Part shown: piece after piece, positions 10,083 through 17,886 of the stretch
Layout of the letters: every line of letters starts with the position of its first letter
How positions within the stretch are numbered: the first letter of the stretch is position 1
Assembly (NCBI GenBank): GCA_963756425.1
Contig: CAVWNW010000018.1
Coordinates: forward strand, 23,281-87,280
DNA: 64,000 nucleotides
DNA from: an uncultured bacterium
Lineage (GTDB): Bacteria; Actinomycetota; Acidimicrobiia; Acidimicrobiales; VFJN01
Reading direction: 5' to 3'
Program-made: the position numbers and the translations under genes
The notes under the pieces: model-generated
Seen by the model: the letters and a program-made list of their open reading frames with translations, nothing else
The model's database searches: none
What the model was told of the DNA's origin: nothing

Positions 10083-10098
10083 GTTACCGGTCGGTAAC
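10083..10098. promoter_or_regulatory. Palindromic operator candidate GTTACC-GGTC-GGTAAC upstream of the acyl-CoA dehydrogenase
   Basis: Perfect 6-4-6 inverted repeat 35-50 nt upstream of the ATG at 10048 (minus strand). The half-sites are identical to the tetR site at 2130-2145. Confidence 0.55.
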
Positions 10099-10207
10099 AA
10101 AGACTACCAACCCATCCCCCTGTGTCGAAACGGGTGGGACAACCCCCACCCGTAAACGCCGGGGTCCCCCATCGGTGACGAGCGCACGCCTCGGCCCCTC
10201 GGCCCGG

Positions 10208-10255
10208 AACCTGCCGCCGAAATGGTGGCCATAGCCACCGATCCTGCGGCAAGAA
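10208..10255. repeat. 44-bp palindromic repeat (copy A, degenerate) with AA flanks, positioned as the cysS terminator
   Basis: AA-CCTGCCGCCGAAATGGTGGC-CATA-GCCACCGATCCTGCGGCAAG-AA begins 3 nt after the cysS stop on the minus strand. It is related to the copies at 20383 and 25889. Confidence 0.7.
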
Positions 10256-10257
10256 GC

Positions 10258-11613
10258 TCAGGCGGGCCGGACCTCGGTGCCCGCAGGCGTGTCCTCCACC
10301 ACGTAGCCGGCGGCCACGATCCGGTCGCGCAGGGCATCGGCGCGGGGCCAGTCCTTGGCGGCGCGAGCTTCGTCACGCTGGCGAGCCAGTTCGAGGATCT
10401 CCACGGGCACCGTGCCGCCCTGGCTGTGGAGCTCCAGGCCCAGGGCACCGGTGATCTCCAGCACCGCGGCACCCAGCGGAGCGGCCGGCTCGGCATCGCC
10501 GTCGTCGAGCAGCGCGTTGGCCCGGCGGACGAGGTCGAACACCAGCGCCATCGCCTTCGGCGTGTCGAGGTCGTCGTCCATCGCCGCCCGGAACCGCTCG
10601 AGCGCCTCAGCGTCGGGCTCGGCGGCGACTCCGAGCTCGGCAACGCGACGGGCGAAGCTGTCGAGCCGGTCCAGCGATCGCTCCGCGGCCCGCAGGTTGT
10701 CGTCGGTCACGTCGATCGGCGAGCGGTAGTGCGAGCCCAACACCAGCAGGCGATAGGCCCGCGCGTCGTACTGCTCCACCAGGTCGAGGAGGTTGGTCAC
10801 GTTGCCGAGGGACTTCGACATCTTCGTGCCCTCGACCTCGACGAAGCCGTTGTGCAGCCAGTAGCGGGCGAACCGCCGGCCGTCGGCCACCGCCTGTGCC
10901 CGCTCGTTCTCGTGGTGCGGGAACGCCAGGTCCTGGCCGCCACCGTGGATGTCGAAGCCGTCGCCCAGCAGGTCGAGCGACATCACCACGCACTCGGTGT
11001 GCCATCCCGGGCGGCCGGGGCCCCACGGGGACGGCCACGTCGGCTCGCCCGGCTTGGCCTTCTTCCACAACGCGAAGTCCACCGGCGACCGCTTCTCCTC
11101 GGCGCCCTCGACCCGGGCGCCCGCCTTCAGGCTCTCGAGCGGCTGGCGCGCCAGCAGGCCGTAGTCGTCCACCCGGTCCGCCTGGAAGTAGACGCCGTCG
11201 GTGGTCTCGTAGGCGGCGCCGTCATCGACGAGCCGTTCGATGAGCGCGACCATCCCGTCGACGTAGGCGGTGGCGTGGGGGTCGTAGTCGGGCCGCTCCA
11301 CGTTCAGCGCATCCATCGCCCGGTACCACACGCCCTCGCACCGCGAGGTGATGTCGCGCCAGTCGCGGTGCTCCCGCTGGGCGCGTTCGATGATCCGGTC
11401 GTCGATGTCGGTGATGTTGGAGACATAGGTGACGTCGTTGCCCGACCAGGCCAGGTACCGCCGCAGCACGTCGAACACGAGGGAGAACCGTCCGTGGCCC
11501 ACGTGTGGCGGGCCGTACACAGTGGGCCCGCACACGTACATCGACACCTTGCCCGGCTCGCGGGGCTCGAAGGGCACGACGCCCCCCTTGGCGGTGTCGA
11601 ACAGCCGCAACAT
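10258..11613 (-). CDS. cysS: Cysteine--tRNA ligase
   Basis: Class I aaRS with HVGHGR (HIGH) and KMSKSLGN motifs. The N-terminus MYVCGPTVYGPPHVGH is typical of CysRS. Confidence 0.95.
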   Translation of the reverse strand: MLRLFDTAKGGVVPFEPREPGKVSMYVCGPTVYGPPHVGHGRFSLVFDVLRRYLAWSGNDVTYVSNITDIDDRIIERAQREHRDWRDITSRCEGVWYRAMDALNVERPDYDPHATAYVDGMVALIERLVDDGAAYETTDGVYFQADRVDDYGLLARQPLESLKAGARVEGAEEKRSPVDFALWKKAKPGEPTWPSPWGPGRPGWHTECVVMSLDLLGDGFDIHGGGQDLAFPHHENERAQAVADGRRFARYWLHNGFVEVEGTKMSKSLGNVTNLLDLVEQYDARAYRLLVLGSHYRSPIDVTDDNLRAAERSLDRLDSFARRVAELGVAAEPDAEALERFRAAMDDDLDTPKAMALVFDLVRRANALLDDGDAEPAAPLGAAVLEITGALGLELHSQGGTVPVEILELARQRDEARAAKDWPRADALRDRIVAAGYVVEDTPAGTEVRPA

Positions 11614-11722
11614 GTCGAAAGAGTACGGGGTCGGTCGAAGACCGACGCCATCAGGGGCGGCGGCGGGGGTCGGGCCGGAGGGTACCGGCGCCCGCCAACC
11701 CGCCCCGAACGCGTTGGCACGC

Positions 11723-12658
11723 CTAGGCCGGGCCGACCGTCGTGGGCTCGAGGTACCCGAACTCGGCGAGCTTGGGCCCCATGACCTCGTGCATCACGTC
11801 ATGCTCCGCCGCGGTCAGGTTGTCTCGCCAGGCGCCGGGCGTCGCCGAGCGGATCTGCTTGTCGTCACCCTTGTCCGCCCGCGGCACCGCCGCGTACGTG
11901 TGGCGGGCGGCGACGCCGCCGAGCGCGTCAGCCGATGTGTGTATGGGGAGATGGGCGCAGATCCGAGCCAGCTCGCGGGCCGGGTCGGCCACGAGGTCCT
12001 CGTAGCGCACGAGCACGCGGCGGTCGGCGGGGTGCTCGGCGTAGACCCTCTGGACGACCGCGGTGCGAAAAGCCCAGACGGCGGACTGCCACCGCACCAG
12101 CGCCTCGCGGCCGGCGTCGGTCACGGGGAATGCGCCCTCGTCCAGCGCCCACGAGCCCTGGCGGTACGCGGCCAGCCACGAGTCGACCACGTCACGCCCG
12201 TCACGCAGCAGGAAGATCATGCGCGATTCGGGGAACAGCGCCATCAGCACGTCGGCGACGTGCGACCCCGGCTCCTTGACGACCACGACGGGCTCCGGCC
12301 CGGGTTGCCGGGTGTTCGCGACCTCGGCGTCGAACCGGGCGACGATGAGTCGACGCAGCGCCGGTTCCCAGGCCTCGCGGTAGCGGTCGCTGAAGAAGTA
12401 GCTGTCCTTGTCGTGCTTGACGCGGTCGAGGGTCGTGAGGTCCGGCGGGTACTCGGCCGTCGCCCAGGCCAGCGAGATCGGACGCCACACACCCAGGTGG
12501 TGCCCGAGGTGGGGGTCGTCGATCGATGCGATGCCGTCGAGCGAGGACAGCATGCGCAACAGCCATGTGCTGCCGCTGCGGGACGAGCCGAAGATCCACG
12601 CCAGGCGGTCGGGGGTGTCCTCCAACGAGAAGGCCACGGGGCGCTCGGTGGTATCCAT
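11723..12658 (-). CDS. Sulfotransferase-family protein
   Basis: PAPS-binding 5'-PSB-like motif (WIFGSSRSGSTWLLRML) near the N-terminus. Size and layout fit the sulfotransferase fold. Confidence 0.7.
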   Translation of the reverse strand: MDTTERPVAFSLEDTPDRLAWIFGSSRSGSTWLLRMLSSLDGIASIDDPHLGHHLGVWRPISLAWATAEYPPDLTTLDRVKHDKDSYFFSDRYREAWEPALRRLIVARFDAEVANTRQPGPEPVVVVKEPGSHVADVLMALFPESRMIFLLRDGRDVVDSWLAAYRQGSWALDEGAFPVTDAGREALVRWQSAVWAFRTAVVQRVYAEHPADRRVLVRYEDLVADPARELARICAHLPIHTSADALGGVAARHTYAAVPRADKGDDKQIRSATPGAWRDNLTAAEHDVMHEVMGPKLAEFGYLEPTTVGPA

Positions 12659-12760
12659 CGTCGGTACTCGGCCGGGGGCCGGCCGCCGCTTGGCATACCC
12701 GTCCGCCCCCGCTGTGAAACGCCGTTGGCCGCATCGCGCACCCTCGCGGACGCTCGCGGG

Positions 12761-13501
12761 CTAGCGCCTCCGCGGAAACAGGCCGGGCGGCACGTGGTCG
12801 GCGCCCGGCCTGGGATCGGTCGGGGGCGGCGGAAGGTCGCCGGGGGGCCGTGGCCACGCGATGGGCGTCACGGGGCTCTGGATGACGCCACCCGGCGGGA
12901 TCCCCGCCCGGTCCACCGACGGGTGCGTCTGCTTGCCGTTGCGGCGATGGCAGCCGTCGGCGAAGTAGATCACCGTGTGCACCGCCCGCGGGCGGCCGGT
13001 CCGGTTGGGCCTGGCGAGGTGGGCGGTCAGACCGTGGTGGTAGGCGACAGACCCCGCCGGGACCTCGACGAAGGCCGGCTCGGATCCCGCCAGCTCGGGG
13101 CGGGCCAGCAGGTCGTCGGGCTCGCCCCAGAAGATGTTGACGAACTCCCGGAGCCCCGACCGGTGCGAACCGGGCACGTAGCCCATCGCGCCCGATTCGA
13201 GCGTCGACCCCTCGAAGGGGATCCACGCCGTGATCGTGAGCGGCTCCTCGATCGGCCAGTAGGGATGGTCCTGGTGGGCATCGGTCTCCCGGCCGCCGGG
13301 CTCCTTGTAGAGCGCCTGGTCGTGCCACAGGCGGATCCGCGCGACCCCGAGCAGCTCCGCGGCCGCCCCGGCCACCCGGGCGTGGAAGTCCAGCGGCCGG
13401 ACGTCGGGATAGTCCTCCCACAGGTTCTGGCACTGGATGAACGACTGCTCATAGCGGGACTTCTCGGCCAGCGAGCGACGGTCTGGCTGCTTCCGCTCCA
13501 T
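12761..13501 (-). CDS. Phytanoyl-CoA dioxygenase (PhyH)-family Fe(II)/2-oxoglutarate oxygenase, N-terminally short
   Basis: HQDHPYWP (HxD) and a downstream His in ...AYHHGLTAH. It lacks the usual roughly 40-aa N-terminal segment seen in the second PhyH at 41992. Confidence 0.75.
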   Translation of the reverse strand: MERKQPDRRSLAEKSRYEQSFIQCQNLWEDYPDVRPLDFHARVAGAAAELLGVARIRLWHDQALYKEPGGRETDAHQDHPYWPIEEPLTITAWIPFEGSTLESGAMGYVPGSHRSGLREFVNIFWGEPDDLLARPELAGSEPAFVEVPAGSVAYHHGLTAHLARPNRTGRPRAVHTVIYFADGCHRRNGKQTHPSVDRAGIPPGGVIQSPVTPIAWPRPPGDLPPPPTDPRPGADHVPPGLFPRRR

Positions 13502-13881
13502 GACCGCCTGCGTGATCGCGGCGCCGACGGAGTCGCCAGCACCCCGGCCCCCGACACCAGCGCGTCGACGCCGCGCCGGGCCGCCGCCAGCGCCGTGTCC
13601 GCCGCCTCGAGCCGGGCACGCGACTGGCCCAGGGACCTGGCGGCCGCGGCCGCCTCGGCGCGCTCGGCCCGGATCCGTGCGCCGAGCGATCCGACGGCGG
13701 CGCCGAGATCGGCCCCGGTCGGGTCGTCAGGCAGCCCGTCCGTGCCGCCGGCGACGCCACCCCGGGCGTCGCCGGCCGAGGACGGGGCAGCCGCGACGGC
13801 GGCGGGCACGCAGACCAGCGTGGCCAGCATCAGGACGGCGGCGCAGCGCAGGCGCGCCCCACCGTGAAAGGGAATGGGCAT
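13502..13881 (-). CDS. Possible small secreted coiled-coil protein (reading frame has no stop until 13027)
   Basis: ATG 13881, signal-peptide-like N-terminus (RLRCAAVLMLATLVCVPAAVAAAPS), then an Ala/Arg/Glu coiled-coil-like stretch. Downstream of about 13500 the frame becomes low-complexity shadow sequence over the PhyH gene. Confidence 0.3.
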
Positions 13882-13939
13882 TCGTCCGGCTCCCCAGCGA
13901 TGGCGTGTGCGTCATCTCCCCGGGCCGGGGAGTCGACCT

Positions 13940-14110
13940 GACACCGTAAGGATGGCTTCGACGAATCGAAACCTCAGCGCCAAGAAACTGTTACTTTGGA
14001 GACACGAAAAGCCATCGAAGGATGGCTTAAATCACGGAGATCGAGCCGGCACCTCGGTGGGCTCGTTTCGACTCAGGCGGGCCGTGGGTGGACCACTACC
14101 CTTGGTCGCC
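13940..14110 (+). promoter_or_regulatory. Low-GC structured leader upstream of valS
   Basis: AAGCCATC (14009-14016) can pair with either GATGGCTT at 13951-13958 or GATGGCTT at 14021-14028. A further GC hairpin CGAGCC..GGCTCG lies at about 14042-14066. Composition is clearly non-coding. Confidence 0.35.
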
Positions 14111-16684
14111 GTGAGCACGATCCCCGAAAAGCCCAGCCTGGAGGGCCTGGAGGCCCGCTGGCGCGCCCACTGGGAGGCCGAGGGCACCTATCGCTTCGAC
14201 CGCACCAAGGACCGCGCCCAGGTGTTCTCCATCGACACGCCGCCGCCCACCGTGTCGGGCAGCCTCCATCCGGGGCACGTGTGCTCGTACGCCCACACCG
14301 ACATGGTCGCCCGCTACCAGCGCATGCGGGGGCGCGAGGTCTTCTATCCCATGGGCTGGGACGACAACGGCCTCAACGTGGAGCGCCGGGTCCAGATCCT
14401 GACCGGCACCCGCGTTGACCCGTCCCTGCCCTACGACCCGGACTTCCGGCCGCCCGCCGATCCCGGCAAGCGGGACCGCCCCATCGCCGTCAGCCGGCCC
14501 AACTTCCAGGAACTGTGCGGTCAGGTCGTCGAGCAACTCGAGAAGGCGTACTTCGAGCTGTGGTCGAACGTCGGCCTGTCGGTCGACTGGTCGCACACGT
14601 ACCGCACCGTTGGCCCGCGGGCCACGCACGCCAGCCAGCTGGGCCTGTTGCGGCTGCTGCGGCGCGACCTCGCCTACCGCGCCGAGTCACCCACGCTGTG
14701 GGACGTCGACTTCCAGACCGCCGTCGCGCAGGCCGAGATGCAGGATCGAGAGATCCCGGGCGCGTACCACAAGATTCGCTTCGAGGGCCCCGACGGCCAG
14801 CCGCTGTGGATCGACACCACGCGTCCCGAGCTGCTGCCGGCCTGCGTCGCCCTCGTCGCGCACCCCGACGACGACCGCTACCAGCCGCTGTTCCGGGCCC
14901 GAGCGACCACGCCGCTGTTCCACGCCGAGGTGCCGATCGTTGCGCACGACCTGGCCGACCCCGCAAAGGGCACCGGACTCGCCATGGTCTGCACGTTCGG
15001 CGACACCACCGACGTCACGTGGTGGCGGGAGCTCGGGCTGTGCCTGCGCACCGTCGTCCAACGCGACGGCCGCCTCCGCGCGGTTGCCTGGGGCGAGCCC
15101 GGGTGGGAGTCGGCCGATCCCCCGACGGCACAGCGCTACTACGACGAGCTCGCCGGCAAGACCGTCAAGCAGGCGCAGGCCCGCATCGTGGCGCTCCTGG
15201 CCGAGAACGGGCTCAGCGACGGCGAGCCACGGCCCATCACCCATCCCGTGAAGTTCTGGGAGAACGGCACCCGGCCGCTCGAGATCGTCACGTCGCACCA
15301 GTGGTTCATCCGCTACCCGGACACGGACATCCTGCTGGCGCGCGGCAAGGAGCTGGCCTGGTGGCCCGACTTCATGCGGGTCCGCTACGAGAACTGGGTC
15401 AACGGGCTCCAGGGCGACTGGAACATCACCCGCCAGCGCTTCTTCGGCGTCCCGTTCCCGGCGTGGTATCCCATCGACGACGAGGGCGACCTGGACTACC
15501 TGACCCCGATCCTCGCCGACGAGGAGTCGCTGCCGGTCGACCCCACGACCGACGTGCCGCCGGGCTTCACCCAGGGCCAGCGCAACCAGCCGGGCGGGTT
15601 CACTGCCGACCGCGACGTGATGGACACGTGGGCGACGTCGTCGCTGAGCGCGCAGATCGTCAGCGGCTGGGTCGACGACCCGGACCTATACGCCCGCACG
15701 TTCCCGATGGACCTGCGGCCGCAGGCCCACGAGATCATCCGCACCTGGCTCTTCTATTCGGTGGTCCGCTCGCACTACGAGCGCGACGGCCTGCCGTGGG
15801 CCAACGCCGCCATCTCCGGCTTCGTGTTCGATCCCGACCGCAAGAAGCTGTCGAAGTCGGCCGGCAACGCTCCGGACGATCCGACCGTGCTGATCGAGAC
15901 CTACGGGGCCGACGCCGTCCGGTACTGGGCGGCCGGAGGCCGCCCGGGCATGGATCTGGCGCTCGACCAGAAGCAGATGAAGATCGGCAAGCGGCTGGCG
16001 ACGAAGGTGCTCAACGCTTCGCGCTTCGCGCTGGGGACGGGCGCGACCACCGCCGGCGAGGTCACCGAGCCGCTCGACCGGTCGATGTTGGCGTCGCTCG
16101 CCGACCTGGTCGGGGTGTCGACGGAGGCGTTCGACCGCTTCGACTACGCGCGGGCGCTGGAACGGACCGAGGCGTTCTTCTGGTCGTTCTGCGATGACTA
16201 CCTCGAGCTCGTCAAGAACCGGGCGTACGGGGCGGACGGGGACGCCGCCCAGGCGTCGGCCCGAACCGCCCTGGGGCTGGCACTGCAAACCCAGCTCCAG
16301 CTGTTCGCGCCGTTCCTGCCCTTCGTCACCGAGGAGGTCTGGTCGTGGTGGCGTGAGGGTTCCATCCACCGCTCGTCCTGGCCCGACGCCGATGCGCTGC
16401 GCGACAGCGCGGAGGCCGACGCCGCGGGCGCAGCGGACGAACCGGAGCCCGAGGTGCTGGCCGTCGCCGCCGCCGTGCTGGGCGAGATCCGCCGGGCCAA
16501 GAGCGAGGCCAAACGGTCGATGCGGGCGCCGGTCGCGTCGGTGACCGTCACCGACAGCGCCGACCGCCTGACGCTGCTGGCGCTCGCCGCGGCCGACATC
16601 CGCAGCGCCGGCAACGTCGCATCGCTGGAGATGGTCGAGGGGGATGCGTTCTCGGTCGAGGTGACGTTGGCACCGGACCAGTAA
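14111..16684 (+). CDS. valS: Valine--tRNA ligase
   Basis: Class I aaRS with PPPTVSGSLHPGHV (HIGH-like) and KLSKSAGN (KMSKS). The N-terminus IPEKPSLEGLEARWRAHWEAEGTYRFD is typical of the short actinobacterial-type ValRS. Start is uncertain: GTG 14111 chosen, with in-frame GTG 14084 and ATG 13952 also possible. Confidence 0.92.
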   Translation: MSTIPEKPSLEGLEARWRAHWEAEGTYRFDRTKDRAQVFSIDTPPPTVSGSLHPGHVCSYAHTDMVARYQRMRGREVFYPMGWDDNGLNVERRVQILTGTRVDPSLPYDPDFRPPADPGKRDRPIAVSRPNFQELCGQVVEQLEKAYFELWSNVGLSVDWSHTYRTVGPRATHASQLGLLRLLRRDLAYRAESPTLWDVDFQTAVAQAEMQDREIPGAYHKIRFEGPDGQPLWIDTTRPELLPACVALVAHPDDDRYQPLFRARATTPLFHAEVPIVAHDLADPAKGTGLAMVCTFGDTTDVTWWRELGLCLRTVVQRDGRLRAVAWGEPGWESADPPTAQRYYDELAGKTVKQAQARIVALLAENGLSDGEPRPITHPVKFWENGTRPLEIVTSHQWFIRYPDTDILLARGKELAWWPDFMRVRYENWVNGLQGDWNITRQRFFGVPFPAWYPIDDEGDLDYLTPILADEESLPVDPTTDVPPGFTQGQRNQPGGFTADRDVMDTWATSSLSAQIVSGWVDDPDLYARTFPMDLRPQAHEIIRTWLFYSVVRSHYERDGLPWANAAISGFVFDPDRKKLSKSAGNAPDDPTVLIETYGADAVRYWAAGGRPGMDLALDQKQMKIGKRLATKVLNASRFALGTGATTAGEVTEPLDRSMLASLADLVGVSTEAFDRFDYARALERTEAFFWSFCDDYLELVKNRAYGADGDAAQASARTALGLALQTQLQLFAPFLPFVTEEVWSWWREGSIHRSSWPDADALRDSAEADAAGAADEPEPEVLAVAAAVLGEIRRAKSEAKRSMRAPVASVTVTDSADRLTLLALAAADIRSAGNVASLEMVEGDAFSVEVTLAPDQ

Positions 16685-16688
16685 CGCC

Positions 16689-17711
16689 TCACTCCGGCGT
16701 CGCCTCCGACTCCTGCGACGTGCCGGGGTCGCGCTCGACCCACACCACGCGCCCGGGATCGGGCAGCTCGACGCCCTCGACGGCGAACGCCTCCAGCAGC
16801 CGGCGGCGCAGCTCGCGCATCACCGTGAACTGCTCGGCCGGCTTGGTCTTCACGACCAGGCGGATGACGATGGCATCAGGGCCCAGCCGCTCGACGCCCC
16901 ACACCTCGGGCTCCTCCAGGATCTCGCCGTGCCACCCGGCGTCGTTCCACACGCTGTCGGCCACCCGCTTGATCACGTTCTGGGCGTGGTCGACGTCGGT
17001 GTCGGTGGCCAGGCTGACGTCCAGCAGCGCTCGGGCCCATTGCTGCGACATGTTGCCGATCCGGAGGATGTTGCCGTTGGGGATGTGCCACACGGTGCCG
17101 TTCACGTCCCGCAGCCGGGTGGTGCGCAGGCTCACGGCCTCGACGGTGCCGCTCGCCTCACCGGCGTCGATGATGTCGCCGACCCCGTACTGGTCCTCGA
17201 TCAGCATGAAGGTCCCGGAGATGAAGTCCTTGACCAGGCTCTGCGCGCCGAAGCCGAGGGCAACCCCGGCGATGCCCGCGCCGGCGATCAGGGGGCCGAG
17301 GGCGACGCCCAGCTCCCCCAGGATCATGACGCCGGCGATGGTCCACACGACGACGCTGGTTGCCGACCGCAGCAGGTGGGACAGGGTGGTGGCCCGGGCC
17401 GCCGACCTCAACGACTCGGGGCCATGGGACTGGAGCGCGTCGGGAGCGTGGCGCCGCAGACGCTGGATCCGTTCCTGTGCCTCGGGGTTGGCGATGCGCT
17501 CCGTGAACCGGCGGATCGCCCGGTGAAGGAGTTGGTTGGCCACCCAGGCCACGACCAGGATCAGCAGGATGTGGGCGGGCTTTGCCACGAGGACGTCGGA
17601 GGCGCGGGCCCAGCCCTCGCTGTCGGTCGACTCGAGCACCTGGCGGCAGATCCACGTCGGGTCGTTGCCGCAGGCGTCGGCGACCTGCTCGGGCGTCTGC
17701 AGCAGCGCCAT
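16689..17711 (-). CDS. Mechanosensitive ion channel (MscS family)
   Basis: TM helices followed by the conserved MscS beta domain (FMLIEDQYGVGDIIDAGEASGTVEAVSLRTTRLRDVNGTVWHIPNGNI). Confidence 0.9.
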   Translation of the reverse strand: MALLQTPEQVADACGNDPTWICRQVLESTDSEGWARASDVLVAKPAHILLILVVAWVANQLLHRAIRRFTERIANPEAQERIQRLRRHAPDALQSHGPESLRSAARATTLSHLLRSATSVVVWTIAGVMILGELGVALGPLIAGAGIAGVALGFGAQSLVKDFISGTFMLIEDQYGVGDIIDAGEASGTVEAVSLRTTRLRDVNGTVWHIPNGNILRIGNMSQQWARALLDVSLATDTDVDHAQNVIKRVADSVWNDAGWHGEILEEPEVWGVERLGPDAIVIRLVVKTKPAEQFTVMRELRRRLLEAFAVEGVELPDPGRVVWVERDPGTSQESEATPE

Positions 17712-17777
17712 GGCCGCAAAGGTACCGAGGTTCGTCGGTCCGGGTCGTGAACTGCCCTTCGGGCCCTAGACTCAAAA

Positions 17778-17798
17778 CTTGAGCATGAGGCACTTAAG
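17778..17798. promoter_or_regulatory. HAIR-like (HspR-associated inverted repeat) operator upstream of lon
   Basis: CTTGAGC-ATGAGGC-ACTTAAG matches the CTTGAGT-N7-ACTCAAG consensus at 12 of 14 positions, about 90 nt upstream of the lon ATG. An additional ACTCAA half-site lies immediately 5'. Confidence 0.6.
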
Positions 17799-17886
17799 GT
17801 TCTTGGCGTGGGGAATGCACGATGCGCCCCTAACGTTTACCGAACTGCTCGACTTTGTGAGTGCTCAGATTTGAGGAACCCCCAAC

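Noticed and set aside
13940-14110. T-box riboswitch upstream of valS (GGGTGGACCAC resembles the T-box core GGGUGGUACCGCG)
   Set aside because: The match needs a gap and gives UGGA rather than the UGGU expected for a tRNA-Val with an A discriminator. The T-box-like segment lies downstream of, not within, the only terminator-like hairpin. I could not find a convincing stem I with a K-turn, an AG bulge and a GUN specifier loop. It is kept only as a generic structured leader.
13952-14110. N-terminal extension of ValS from the in-frame ATG at 13952 (MASTNRNLSAKKLLLWRHEKPSKDG...)
   Set aside because: Codon usage (AAT, AAA, TTA, TTT) and GC content are clearly non-coding for this genome, and the extension has no counterpart in the ValRS N-termini I know.
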